Shown here: one piece after another, positions 21,914 to 35,770 of the stretch
How the letters are laid out: each line of letters opens with the position of its first letter
Position numbering within the stretch: the first letter of the stretch is position 1
From: Octopus bimaculoides
Lineage: Eukaryota
Direction: 5' to 3'
Assembly (NCBI RefSeq): GCF_001194135.2
Contig: NC_068982.1
Span: forward strand, 39,310,875 to 39,350,464
DNA length: 39,590 nt
Position numbers and translations under genes: made by a program
Notes under the pieces: model-generated
Told to the model about the DNA's origin: nothing
Databases searched by the model: none
Seen by the model: only the letters and a program-made list of their open reading frames with translations

Positions 21914-22704
21914 TATATATATATACACACATCGGTGAAAGATACGCACATTGGCCAGAGAAATATATATCATGTGTAAGTTTGTTTGTTTGTGTGTGTG
22001 AGCGTGAAATATTTACAAATTATTGATAGACCGATACGACGATGAAAAAGATATTTCATTTATTCCACCCGACTCACAAAGTCCTGCTTTCTACATTCTT
22101 GCCAATGCTATGAACTAATGATGTTTTTTTTTTCTCTGGAAACTTATAACCAATTGTATTATCATAGCTCACGGTACTTATGATATATAGTATAAAGAAA
22201 TAACCGCTTCTGTTTTTGTGGTGAAGAATGGGGGAATCGGCATTGCAAATGATACTATTGCTTTATGTAACAACGCTAGACCATATGGTATATTGCAACA
22301 TTTTGTATATCTGTAACTGACATTATTGCTGTTGATTTTATCACCGTTGTTTTCGTGTTGGCTTATTAGTATTTCATGTTGTTTCTTTTTGAAAATTATC
22401 CATATAACATTGTTGATGCTGTTTCAGAACGTGTTGCTGAAACATAAGCTTTCAATTGCAAAACACCTTTTTCCCCACCTTTCAGTATCTATTATTTTAT
22501 CATTAGGCCATGTTGTAATGTCTAATTGTACTTTCTTCTTCTGAATTCTATAATGGTGTCTGCGATACCGGGAAAAAGGTAAGCTGCTAATTAAGCTAGA
22601 CATCTTCTAGCTTAGGGAGTGTCTACCTTGTTTTTTTTCAAAAGAAAAAGATAAAAAGAAAACAAAGAAAAATACGAAATCTTTCCTTTCTACAGATATT
22701 CATT

Positions 22705-22745
<41 letters not shown>

Positions 22746-23409
22746 GTACTAAAACAGACACACACACACACTCACACACACACATATACACATACACACT
22801 GTTTTAATACTCAATTTAGGCAACGACTACAAGCTTTTCGGTTAGCATAGCATTGAAAAATAATAATTAAATACAGTTAGGGACTGAGTGATGCCGCTTA
22901 GCTTTGGGAATGATGTTAAAGTGAGTTTCACACTTTCAGCTGATCTGTTGTTTAATGTGTTCTGACACAACATGAAATATATTATTCTACTTTGAAAATG
23001 TGTTATTATTTAGCTTTACTTAGATGTGTCATTGACCCTGTTGAGCATAGTTGTGGATTTTTAGTTTCAGGTCAGTTCTGATTACAAAACGTGACCTTGC
23101 AATCATATCATATCATGTAGTACATTAATCAGTATATCATCTTTGAAATCGGTATATGGATTTTAAGGATGATTCATTTGCTACTTCTCGTATAGCGGTT
23201 CTCACAGTTCTCACAAGTTACCGCTTTTTCTCTTGACTACAAAAGTAGGAAGACAGAGGAAGATATGACCTCCAAAGGCTGGTGGTAGAGGATAAGATGG
23301 AAGGTATCCCTAAAGCGGAAATCTAGTCTCAATGCTCGTAAGAGAATTGAGTCTGCTAAAGTTACCCAAGCCGTCAAGATGTGGTCGATTCATTACTATT
23401 TATGTAGGC

Positions 23410-23645
23410 CATTACGGGATTTGAACTCTAAACACAAAGTGCCGGAGCAGATACTCCACGACATTCTGTCTAATTGCGTTTGCAGTTCTGTCTATCTTGC
23501 ACCCTAAATTGTTATTCTGCTTTTTTTATCAGCCCTGAGGAATGGAAGGCAAAGTTGAACTTCGCAGGATTTGACCTCAGAGCGCAAGTTGTTTGAACAA
23601 ATACTGCGAAGCATTCTGTCCAACACACTAACGACTCCGATGATT
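23410..23645 (-). mobile_element. Two old, tandem SINE family A relics
   Basis: gggatttgaactc...gatactccacgacattctgtc and ggaatggaaggcaaagttgaacttcgcaggatttgacctcagagcg...gcattctgtccaacacactaacga both align with the family A core and head. Confidence 0.6.
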
Positions 23646-23799
23646 CATCGATTTGCTCCCCCAGTCCTGTTTTGTATCTTCTTGTAATTACAGGTAATAT
23701 TATGGATCCTGAAAACATCTCTTGACTCTAATTTAACTGATTCCAATGTAATATCTTTCATTTTCATTTTTACTCTTCTCTAAGTGTAACTTTGGTTCT

Positions 23800-24480
23800 G
23801 TTGGCCTCATGTGGAAAGGCCATAGTGGAGCAAGCTTCAGATTTCCATCCAAGCAACATAAAGATTTTTGTTCTTTTGGTCATCAATAAGCTTTGCAGTG
23901 AAGACAAACATTGGAGATGAGAGTCTCTTCATAATTTTACGGTAACACAGAGAGTGCATCCAGGTCCCGGATGTGGTTCCTCAGTAAGATTCTTTCAATA
24001 GTCCAATCTTTCTTTTTTGAACACTTGGTTTTCTATCCTTTTATTTTTATTTTTTGCTTTACTATCTCGATGGAATTTCTCAAAGCATTTTTGAATTAGT
24101 TGTTTAATCCAGGTTGACCTAATAGAAAGATGAGCCAATTGCAAATGTGCTAGGTTTTCTAAATTTGCTTCCCTGTTTTCTTCGGTCTCAACTGCAAGAC
24201 GATGTTGGTTTGCTTGAGATATGTCTCAATCTTTCATCTCTTTGCTCTGGAGTTTTAGCTGAAAACCGACAATTCTGTACTTGTCAGATTTATATGAGTT
24301 TAGTATCGCTTTCCTCTAGAATCTCAGATGAGAGCAAGTTATGTTATACTTGAGAGAAAGCCCTCTTAGCTTTCTGTTTCTTGGCTCTAATGTCTTAGTT
24401 GCATCATGATTCTTCTATACAAGGAAGAATCTAACCAGTTTGTTATACCTAGCAAAATCAGATTAACTTTCATTTTGTTT
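23800..24480 (-). pseudogene. Degraded R4/Dong-like non-LTR retrotransposon ORF fragment
   Basis: A roughly 120-codon nearly open frame (RNRKLRGLSLKYNI...KLQSK...QANQHRL..ETEE...TWIKQL) is followed downstream by IDDQKNKNLYVAWME. The latter resembles the IIEDCK..KKNL.VAWIDY RT motif of this clade. Confidence 0.45.
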
Positions 24481-26068
24481 TAAGTCCATATGCAGACAAT
24501 TGGTCCAGACATTTGGATTTGTTATTAACTGACACTATTGCCTTTCTTTTTCTATGCTATTTTGATTTTGCTGACAACTATTCAAGCTTGATTGTGTATT
24601 GCGGTGTCGGATGTTCAGGAGAAGAAACATTTTTAACAATAGTTATATACACAGCTTGAGATAGAATATATCATTTAAAATTTCAACCCTTGATCCAAAA
24701 TGGCAGCAGTCGCATGCACTTTATTGTATTCATTTTCAAACAAATCTCAATTGCATTTTATCTGAAAGAAAAAAAAAACCAACAACTTCATGAAATAAAT
24801 ACTGTCGCATGAATATAAAAGTATTCCATAAATAATCAAAATTTTATTAGTTGTTTTTTATTAGGATGTTAATTTTTTCTAACATCCTAAATTAACTGTT
24901 TAAAATAGGAGATCGTTTGTAAACATTGTTTCATAAATATGAAATATGGATGTATAATGGAGGAGCCTTGAAATGGAAATATTAATTGATACCAAAAATT
25001 CTGAAAGATTGTAGTATTGTTCAATCAGATAATCATACAGGCTGTAAATTTATGTGATTGAAACATTGTATGAATTCTAATATTAATACTGTTACCTAAT
25101 GTGATTGGCTTCAAAATTCGTAGAGTTAATAGATTAGTCTGGTCATAAGCACAAATATAATGGACCCAATTTTAAATGCTTTGTTTGGAAATGCAGCACA
25201 AATTAACTTAATTCTGAGGCCAATAAAAACAAATTAAAAGAAATGGAATATCAAGTTTGATGCTTGACAAGCGTTTATTGACTAACACGCAAAAGACCTA
25301 CAATTAGTTAGTTATTGTGTGTTTGAGTCTAAAAGGATAATCAGTAAATGCTTTATTTCTGCCAGACAGGTTAACATTTGCTATATCAATAGATTTGCTC
25401 TTCATATTTCAATCATCAAGAGATACCTTTATATGTAATTATAGGCCCTGTGCAGCTAACTACCCGAAAGCGTATAATAATGGATGTACCATTTTAGCAC
25501 ACTCATTCCCTGTCACAGATACGGATACCTTTTTGATTCTTTTATTATCAGAGTGATACAGTCGTTTGTGATTTGAGTTTATGAAGGGGAAACAAAAATC
25601 ATTAATCAAATTAGAAACATTGGAGAAGGAAGCAAAGTGGGAAACTAGCGATATGGTTGTTGCGAGTAGTGTAAAAGTATAAAGTTCCAAGAAAAGTTAC
25701 GTAATCCAAGGATCGGTGGAAGTGAAAAAGAGGTGAGTATTTTGGAAAATGGAAACAAGAAGTTGATTAAGAGATGATTACAACGCATGAGAAATATAGA
25801 GTGATTTGCGAGGAAAAGAGCCAAGAGACGGTCTGTGTGAGAGACGGCGAGACGTAGGAGCTATCTACCAAGAGAGGTGATTTTTGTGATAGGGAGTGGA
25901 AGGAGGGATTGATATGGTAATACGAGTTAACTGGCAGAAAGCTGATGGTTACGCAGTTACAGAAAAAAGGGTTGTCGGTAATGTGAAAAAATGCACGCCG
26001 GTTATGTATTAGTCTATGTAGGATTGTTTCTGAGTCTGAGCCTTGGCTTGTATGCTTGTATGTACACC

Positions 26069-26106
<38 letters not shown>

Positions 26107-26145
26107 GCACGCACGCACGCACACACACACCCGCACGCACACACA

Positions 26146-26579
26146 NNNNNNNNNNNNNNNNNNNNNNNNNNNNNNNNNNNNNNNNNNNNNNNNNNNNNNN
26201 NNNNNNNNNNNNNNNNNNNNNNNNNNNNNNNNNNNNNNNNNNNNNNNNNNNNNNNNNNNNNNNNNNNNNNNNNNNNNNNNNNNNNNNNNNNNNNNNNNNN
26301 NNNNNNNNNNNNNNNNNNNNNNNNNNNNNNNNNNNNNNNNNNNNNNNNNNNNNNNNNNNNNNNNNNNNNNNNNNNNNNNNNNNNNNNNNNNNNNNNNNNN
26401 NNNNNNNNNNNNNNNNNNNNNNNNNNNNNNNNNNNNNNNNNNNNNNNNNNNNNNNNNNNNNNNNNNNNNNNNNNNNNNNNNNNNNNNNNNNNNNNNNNNN
26501 NNNNNNNNNNNNNNNNNNNNNNNNNNNNNNNNNNNNNNNNNNNNNNNNNNNNNNNNNNNNNNNNNNNNNNNNNNNNNNN
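26146..26579. other. Assembly gap (N run)
   Basis: N run between (CA)n and (TG)n. Confidence 1.
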
Positions 26580-26639
<60 letters not shown>

Positions 26640-27702
26640 ATTTAGCCCGATAGTAATTGTAGTGAATTTGTTTCTCATTATTTGTTTCCGCTATTTTATT
26701 CTCTTAGCTGAAACCACATCAAGCTTCAACTTGGGTTCTGATTTTTCCAAAATTAATAAAACAAGCTCTAAAATGATTATAAAAGATAAAATTCCATATC
26801 GTATTTGGTGGTGTCCATTTTCATTCTTATTTCCAAATTTCTCGATATGTACTACGCCAATGTTAAAAATATTAATGTTTCCTTTATTTTCATCGACGGA
26901 ATGATATCCTACACAATATGATATTGTCAATAGAATCACATCACAGTTCAGTAGTAATATATTCATGGCTATTCAAATTCGAAATACTCATACACTGACT
27001 AATATTAGTTGATATGTATGTAGGCATGAAGTATCGTGCAATCCTACACATAGCAACATGTAAAGAGAAATACGCATATGTTGGATCCATTTAAATATAT
27101 TGTCCATTTACTGAATTCCAATAACAAGCAGCGTTGATTTGTTTCTCGTCAAAACCCCGATGAAAGGCAGTTCCGGTTTCTAAGTCGATATCCCCTATCA
27201 TGCTAATGACGTCATATCCTCTTCTTGCACTTTCCTCTACGTTTTACCTGGTAATTAGTAATAAACGTAGAATGACTAACAGATACAACCCTTTCTCTCT
27301 CTCTCCCCCCACTCTCTCTCTCCCCCCACTCTCTCTTTCTTTCTCTCTCTCTTTCAGTACACACACACACGCGCAAACATATTTATTTATTTAATTATTT
27401 ATTTTTTTACTTTACATATACGTAAAGGATGAATATTAATTAATCTGATGCACACGTGGGTAGAATCAGACTTATATGATCCAGTAGTGATCGTGATTAT
27501 AGATATTTGCCAATAGGTGATTTAGGTTTATTGGCGTTTACCGCAGAAATATATCAAAACCTGATAGCAAGATAGCTTACTCAACCGGTTGGAAGTTTTA
27601 TTACTATGTGCTTGTTTATGTGCGTATATGTGTGTGTGTCTATGTGTATCTGTGTGTGTGTGTGTGTGTGTCTATCTAAATATGTGTTTTTTTAAGTCTG
27701 CT

Positions 27703-27964
27703 GCTTATTCCGTCGGCCTCTTTTACCGAATATAAGCACGGATATAAGCACAAACCAACATCAGTTGTAAAGCTGTGATCGGGACAAACGCGCGCACACA
27801 CACACACACACACACAAAACAGGCTTCTTTCAGTTTCTGTCTACTAAATCCATTCACAAGGCGTTGGTTGGCTCAGGGCCATAACAGAAGTCACTTACCC
27901 AAGGTGTCAAGAAGTGGGACTGAACCCAGAACCATGTAGTAGGAAAGCAAATTTCTTACTACAT
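27703..27964 (-). mobile_element. SINE family B, older copy
   Basis: ggcttctttcagtttctgtctactaaatccattcacaagg...cccaaggtg...gtgggactgaacccagaaccatgt matches 18613-19008. Confidence 0.8.
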
Positions 27965-28266
27965 GCTTATATGTATATGCATGTACACGTACATATATAT
28001 ACACATATATATGTATATACATGTATATCTCATGCATATGTCATACATTCATGCATACATACACATATATAGACGGATGAAAGTTATATATGTGTGTGCG
28101 TGTGCATGTATGCATCTCGCTCTATCTCTCTTTATATATATATATATATATATATATATTCTTTAGTTGTAGGATTTGGTATGTTCTTCCTGATCTTACT
28201 TTATAATGTTTCGTTTGCAGTGTAAAGTATGTGTAATGCGAGTTTTATTATTTTATTCAGTAATGA

Positions 28267-28480
28267 GGCAGCGAGCTGGCAGAATCGTTAGCACGCTGGA
28301 CGAAATGCTCAGCGGTACTTCGCCCGTCGCTACGTTGAGTTCAAATTCCGCCGAAGTCGACTTTGCCTTTCATCCTTTCGGGATCGATAAAATAAGTATC
28401 AGTTGAACACTGGGGTCGATGTAATCGACTCATCGCCACCTCCCCCAAGCTGCCCTTGTGGGAAAAACTTGAAATAATTA
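28267..28480 (+). mobile_element. SINE family A, full length
   Basis: ggcagcgagctggcagaatcgttagcacgc...gagttcaaattccgccgaagtcgactttgcctttcatcc...ctggggtcgatgtaatcgact...ccttgtg. Confidence 0.9.
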
Positions 28481-29421
28481 TTTTATTTAGTAATCTTTGT
28501 GTTTTGTTGGTGAAAACATTATGAAGTGCTGAAGTACAAGTGCCAAGTAGACAAGGGAGATTTCTCACCCAACCCAATACTAACGATGCTCACAGTCTCT
28601 TTCAGAGGCTCCAGTTTCCAAGAGGCTGCGACGTCAATAGTGTAAAGCTGTATCAGCTTTTAGCTTTCTCTTGGATAAAATCGGTGGCGTGGAGAGGTGA
28701 GACTGCTATGCAGGGGTGACTGCTGGTCTCTTACATAAATAACCCTGCCTTGGAGGGGAACTTTCGAGGTTTTTTTTTTTATTATTATTTTTGCCCCTAC
28801 CGATCCCTTTTGATCGGATTTTTAAATTTTTATTTTACCTTTTTTTTCTTTTTTTTTCTTTATTTTTAAAGAAAAGCTCTACAGTTGTATTTGTCCCCTC
28901 TGTGTGCAGCCCTGTGTGGCTAATAAAAGAAAGTTATCTGCTTTTAATACTACTTAATGGGTCAGCTAAAAATCATTCGATCGTAGTTTTAGTTCCACGC
29001 ATTTTAGCCAATACCGAGATTATTTTTTATCTATGTACTTGTCTTCTTAAATATTGGGTATGTAGAGCCTTCTCTTATTATGTTAGTTTGACATTCTGTA
29101 TTCCAACTTTAAGTTTAGTTTTTAGTTTTCTGAAACGTTCTCATGTTTCTTTTTCTTTCTTCTCACAGTTACTTGACATTTCATTTCATTTTGTTATGGA
29201 TTTCTTACATAGTTAAATTCAGACAGAAAAGGAATGAAAACGGGAAACGTTTTAAAATATTCTAATAGATACGTGTTCAGTGTGTATACTTCCTTCTTTC
29301 GTTTGAACACCCAGAATAGTCTGCCTTCATTCGTAAGACGTTTGATGTTTCTGCTTACTATTTGTTTCTAATTTGCTTAAGATTAATTATCTCTGGATTC
29401 AAATGAGGAAAACAATACTGA

Positions 29422-29632
29422 TTTCAAATTTTAGCACAGGGAGCGCAATTTTGGGAGTGGGGATGAGTCGATTACACCAGCCTCAGTACTCAACTGACAG
29501 TTATTTTATCGTTCCAGAGAGGATGAAAGGCAAAGCTAACCTCGGCGGAATGTGCACTCAGAACACGAAGACAGAAGACATGCCGCTAAGCATTATCGCC
29601 CGGTGTGCTAAAGATTCTGCTGGCTCACTGCC
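29422..29632 (-). mobile_element. SINE family A, diverged full-length copy
   Basis: Head, core (ggatgaaaggcaaag) and tail are all recognisable; accounts for ORF 29373..29636. Confidence 0.8.
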
Positions 29633-29709
29633 TTAATAATAAGAAAAATATCACACAATCCATGCCATGTTCAGGGTCTTCATTATCGTATTACAGTTTT
29701 TGTTTTTGA

Positions 29710-30210
29710 CTTTGTTACTCATTCTCTTTACAGCCATATGACCTTTTACAACATCCCTCATCTCTTCTGGAAGTAAGATTTTTCAACTTGATAGTTATTT
29801 ATTGATGTTACTGCGCTTAAGGCTTTGTAAGCTGTAGGCAGACATAGTTTAGCAATATTTAGTATTTACTTAGCTTTTAGGATTAAGATGGTTTCCTCTC
29901 AGAGTGACAATTAAGTGTTGCTTCCGGCACTTTCAAGAAATTATTAAATATTTTTGACAGTAGTTTATGCATGTATCTTATATTTCTGCCAGGACTTTGA
30001 GATCTTATCATATCACGGTGCCTCCCAATTTTTTTTTTTTCATTTAGTGTCTGGGGTGCTTCCTGACTTTGTATGGCCCTGTACAGCTGTTTACATACTG
30101 TGTTTATTGCTTTAAATAATCGTTTGTAGCGACCCCTTCTTTATATACACCATTCCAAAATTCTACTCTCCTTGCTGTTGGTGCTGCATCAATTTCTAAT
30201 ATTATCAGTC
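29710..30210 (-). pseudogene. R4/Dong-clade LINE reverse-transcriptase N-terminal fragment
   Basis: Minus-strand peptides in the expected order: EIDAAPTARRVEFWNGVY; KS..KIHA; EETILILK; CLPTAYKALSAV; EGCCKRSYGCKE, which matches the QKGCRKGSYGCKEQL motif. It may extend upstream to about 30750. Confidence 0.75.
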
Positions 30211-30849
30211 GGCCGTATGGTGTTGGCTTACTCTTCACTTATAACTCGTCGGTAGTTATACTGCAAAGTTGACAACAAGCTAAGGGGCAACGTCTGTCCT
30301 GATACTTCTGGCTATCACTTCGTATTTTCCTTTCCATGAACTGCAGCACCTACAATCCGGCAGATGTACTCTGCACAACTCTTCCTTTAACTTCATTCTC
30401 GGTCATAAAGTCCAGAAACATGCTTCCAGAGAAGACTACCTCATACCACACGACGGCCAGAACTCCCTTCAACGCTCTTTCAAAAACCTATGATAATTAT
30501 TCTTACTTTATGCAACACAGATGTATTCTACTTTTCTTCATGCCCTTTGAAGAATTTCTTCAGGCAAGGAAACACCTTCTTGCTCGAACAGAGCATGTCC
30601 ATATCTTCACTTCTCCAGGAGCTGCCCGCAACGATGAACATTCTATAAGCCATAATGTTAGCAAATGTGATGTTAAAGCTTCTACGCATTTTCATTGCCA
30701 GTGTTCTTGCTTATGTAGAACATTTTGGCGACTATTTGTTTTCTATTTTTACCATTGATACTACGATTGTGAAACCTATAACTTTCCATTACTAATAATG
30801 TGGAAATTTTAAAATGCAAAATAAGAAATCTGGTAGAAATTATATATAT

Positions 30850-30977
30850 NNNNNNNNNNNNNNNNNNNNNNNNNNNNNNNNNNNNNNNNNNNNNNNNNNN
30901 NNNNNNNNNNNNNNNNNNNNNNNNNNNNNNNNNNNNNNNNNNNNNNNNNNNNNNNNNNNNNNNNNNNNNNNNNNNNN
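30850..30977. other. Assembly gap (N run)
   Basis: N run inside (TA)n. Confidence 1.
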
Positions 30978-30993
30978 ATATATACGTGTGTGC

Positions 30994-31032
<39 letters not shown>

Positions 31033-32801
31033 AGTCTGTGTTTGTACATATCTACATAAATATTTGCATATAAACAAACATACAGACACACGCACAAATA
31101 TACTAAATTTACACTAAGTATTTACTTTCATTCATTTTACCCCCACTTTCAATAACGTATATTGAATTCACTTTAAAATTTTACCTAATGCCAATAAGAC
31201 TTACAATTAGCTTCTATTCTAAAACTTACACTTATTTCAGACATTTTTTTTTTTTTTAGCTCGAAATGATTTCTTTTCCTACATCAAAACACATGCAACC
31301 ACATGTAAACATAAGTAAAAACAGGCACATACACATACGGATGCGTGTGTACCAATTCTTGTACATTTGGAGTTTATATATCTCTCTAAAGGGAATTGAA
31401 TTTATACCATTGATAACTATAGTTACTCATATGTAACTGATGTATATACAGATATGTAATTGTACACATACATTTACATACACTAATATAATATATTTTT
31501 TTTCACACACATATACACAAACATATAATTCTGGTAATCTATTTAACTACGTAGTTCAAAATTGCTCTTTTTAATTTTGTATATATATATATGTATATCT
31601 GTAATTTTACTGATATTGATCTTGAATGAATTCCTTTGAGTAGAGTCTAGAAACATACCCAATTTATTACAATTATCTAAACAATTTAACCTCTATCATA
31701 GCATGTTAACTTCACTTAATGCATGCGTGTAGGGGGATATTTAAAATATAAGCATCTCGTAAATTATTGTAGACATACTAGCCCGCAGTGATGTACGCAT
31801 ATGCATGTATCTACATCTGTATATCACAAGCATAGATAAAGACATACACCCAAATAATTATATATGCATAAAATATAGTTTACCTATTTTGCTGATGCAG
31901 ATGTTCTAAAAATGTATGTTACTCAAGCTGCATTCGTTGTTAAAGTCATTGCCATCAAGAAAAATATTCAAATTATTTTCTAATCTGCGCACAAATTCTT
32001 CATTAAGATAATATCGCTTTATGTTGCTTTCTATGATATCAATAGTAAAAGAAAAATTTTAATTCGGCACTTTTCTTTTTATTGTTAGTGTTTTTTTTTG
32101 TTTGTTTATTTTATCAAATAGTTAATTAGACCCTCGATGAAATGACCTGATATAAATGCGGATTTAAAACATTGTTTAGTGCATTAACTATCTTTGAATT
32201 TGCTTAAAAGAAAACATTTTTGAAAGTGACTTCAAATAACATTCTTCATGATTGTGTAACCAGTTGTGAATGCTAAAAAAGTAAGTTTGGAAATTCAAAA
32301 GTATACTGATGTAATATATTTTATGAAGCCACATATCTCCAAGATAGTATATGCAGTTTATACTTATTTGGAGGCCGGTAAGTTCATAAAATGATAAACG
32401 AGATTTAAAAAATACATAGAGATACAGCATGAAAACTGAATAAGCAAAGACATTTGATCTAATTGAAATCTTTTATAAGAACAAACCGTTATAGACGTGA
32501 ATAATATCGATAAATATAAAATCATGGGAGACAACCCCAAAATTTTACATATTTGAAATTATTTAAATTTAGATTATGTAGCGTGTTGTGATTCTGATTT
32601 TAACTGTAGGCTGACAACTTCGGACACGATTCACACTTATTAGACTTCATCAGTGAAATGTGATCTAAATTTAGCTGTATATAGGTTTTTCGTGAATGGC
32701 AGCATAATAAATGGTGAATAAAATATACAAATCAGATGATATTTTATTTGCTTTATGTTGTGTCAACGCCCCCAAGCGAAGAAGTAGGATCGCCCAAGAC
32801 A

Positions 32802-32838
32802 TATAAATAGAAGTAATCTGGCCGTGGTAGAGTTCAGT
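32802..32838 (+). promoter_or_regulatory. TATA box plus initiator-like TCAGT (possible LTR or core-promoter relic)
   Basis: TATAAATAG at 32802 and TCAGT at 32834-32838 (TATA at about -34) inside a locally GC-richer island. Motif and spacing evidence only. Confidence 0.2.
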
Positions 32839-35770
32839 GAGTGACTGTTGAGTAGCAGTCGTGTAGCGGTTGAGTAGAGATCATCCGAAGGTGCTAGATA
32901 GCAGTAGCTTGAGATGTAACACTTTATTACGAATTCAAATCATAAACTAACAAGCAAAAATACAAGAAAAAAAAAAGAACCCCACCAAAACTGTCTTTTC
33001 ACTAAATCCACGTTTTTAATACAACTTTACAAGCCAGTTATAAAAAGAAACATCAGATATTTCGTTGTAAACTATAAATGAAACTATTTTCTTAAACTAA
33101 GATATTACAGTCCTACAAAAAAGCTTGTATTTCGCTTACCTATTAATCAATATAGCGTTATAATCTTACAAATTCTATAGATTATATTTTATGTATTTTT
33201 CATTATTGGAAAAGTTTACTGCTTTAATGTAATCATATGGGAACGATTCTATTTATGTATACGTTTTATTATTTGGTGCCAAGTTTATTTATGTTACTTT
33301 TGGAATACTGTGTGTTTAAGTTTCCATAAATATGACATTCGTTTGTTCTATATAGTTTAAACAAAATTAAATAAACTGTAACTGATAATTGGTGTGCGTT
33401 TCCAAGTGTTTATATTTTTGAATACTAATTAAAGGTCATATGCTATTAAAATTGCATCAATTTGGAGAGGAGTATCTCTAAGAAAATGAATTTTCAATGG
33501 TTTCGATAATGGATGTTTATTGCTCAATGAATTGAATCACCTGCTAATTAACGTGTAAATAGCTAAGCCTTCTACAGGCATGTGTTTCTTAACACTTTTA
33601 CTACAGAAACCAGATATATTCACTCAACATTTCAACACCCTTAACTGTGGAAAGCAGATTTATATACCAATCTGTGTTAATTTTTTAATGTTTTTTTTTT
33701 TGTTTTTTGAGTAATATCATATTTGAAACCATTTTTAGTTGAGATACGTCAAGTTTGTTGAGACAAGTACTAGCTCTATTTTTGGTAGATATTTAACATT
33801 ACTGCTGAAATAAGTATAAGTTTAATTTCACATGTAATGAGTTAAAATAATTCTGAAACCGAACCAGAAAAACTTCAAATCATATGGAACTGGATGAAAA
33901 CAGAGACTTAGTGATTTCGAAGCGAACTTCTTTCAAGTTCGGCTTTGGTATATCTATGGTTGTATAGTCTGCTTTCATATCATAGGAGTACTTTCATTTC
34001 ATATTTTGTTGCTTAGTAATAAGAACAACTCAAGAAATGCGCTGGTTTCTTTGGATATCCGAAAATGGGAGGCAGAAGAAACAATTTGAAGGTTTTTTCA
34101 TAAACTGGAGAACTGGTCTGTTTGCTACAACAGAGTAACTTCGCTAATTCTGGAGTCAGGTCATATGTTTAACAAACCACACCATTTAGTGTATTATCGT
34201 GCACATACATACATACATACATACATACATACACATATGCTCAATGCATGGTGTAGAGGATATGTTTTCTTAAATGAAAAACGGAAGCTTACGACTCGAG
34301 TTTCACGGCCTTGCAGTCTTCGCCGAGCTTCCTCTTCAACAATCAAATCAAATTACTGGCTCTCTGCACTCTCATAGCGTAACTCTGAAAAAGTTCTAAG
34401 CTCACTGGTACGATAACTCCAGTTACCACACTGGTTTTACCAGTGCATATATATTTCTAAGAGTAACATATAAGTTGAAAGGCGAAGAGTGAATTTAGCA
34501 CAACATTAAAATTCGTTACAATTGTTTTGTGCCACCTTGTTTCTTATCATATCGCATGTAGACGATTCTCAGTGCAAAATTATGCAATATATGCGGTTGA
34601 ATATGCTAGAGTGACACTTCAGCATACCAACATTAAGTTGTGCCTCTTTGCGGTGTGCAAAGATGTTTTGCGTATTGTTGTATAGGCGAACATGAGTTTC
34701 AGCACAAATATAAAAGCGTGTATGCGTATGTTGTCTGCACGAATGCATCTATGTATTAATAAGAGACTGTACATTATTCACGAGCCTGTTTCTCGATTCA
34801 AACGGACAATTTTGGCATATTATATGACATAAAACAACCTTTTTATGTTGTTTGCCTCAAAATTTGAGCACTATATTCATTGATTAATATATTTGAGCGA
34901 TGTCTGTGTCTGTGAAGAAATATGCTGATTAATACACATTTGAGAAAGATACCTTTCTTTGTTGCCGCATATCATTTAATGTTGGAACTTATTATCAGAT
35001 ATATCATTCACTTGGGTTAAAAATTATACACAAATATGCTTAAAATCTTGACTCGAATAAAATGTCTCAGTCATTATGAAAGGCGAGAGAAAACCATCAA
35101 ACTTACTTTCTGAAAATAACTTACCGATTTGACCTGACTTTGACCTGAAGATTTAAGCTTTTAATAATTCTGTTTTCTAACAATTTTAAAAAGAACATTA
35201 GATAGGATTGTTCTCTTCGTGAAAAAATAAAATTCAGAATCTCTTCTTAATGTTTTAACATTTTATTTTATATCTGCAGCCACCGCGTTAGTAAAGACTA
35301 AGAACATTGTTTGATATCGCAATGGTCTTTTTCTTTTCTCACACACAGTAGCTTGTTTGAGAAAAAGTGATGCTGTGTAGAAAACGTCAATATCTCGTTT
35401 GTTCGTTATGTATTCATCACCAGGCGAGGGACAGTGATATAGTAATGACTTAAGAAGAAAAGATATTTAGGTTAGATTAATGGAATTAAGCTTTCATAAT
35501 TATATGCAGAGGAATTTTCACTTCTAGAGTTATCATTTCTTGAGTGAAGACTTGCTACTAATTTGATAGAAATAACGAAAGTCAAACATTGGTAAATACT
35601 ACATCCGAATTTTTATGAAAGTATGTTACGCTGTGGAGAATCGTTAGTTGTTTGTCTTAGTCACCATCTGCTGATCAATAAGAATAATGAAAACAAACCT
35701 TTGAAATATAAATCCAAATGAAATAGACTTATCAAACAGATGTCACAATGTTTAAAGATGCCACAATATT

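Noticed and set aside
26080-26640. (CA)n...(TG)n across a gap as a large inverted repeat
   Set aside because: The interior is unsequenced and such flanks are ordinary around central (TA)n here; not interpretable.
30336-30758. 140-aa plus-strand ORF
   Set aside because: No recognisable motif. It lies antisense and adjacent to the decayed R4-like fragment and is probably a shadow ORF.
34425-34445. cactggt-ttt-accagtg 7-bp hairpin
   Set aside because: Short enough to be expected by chance in 40 kb, with no associated feature.
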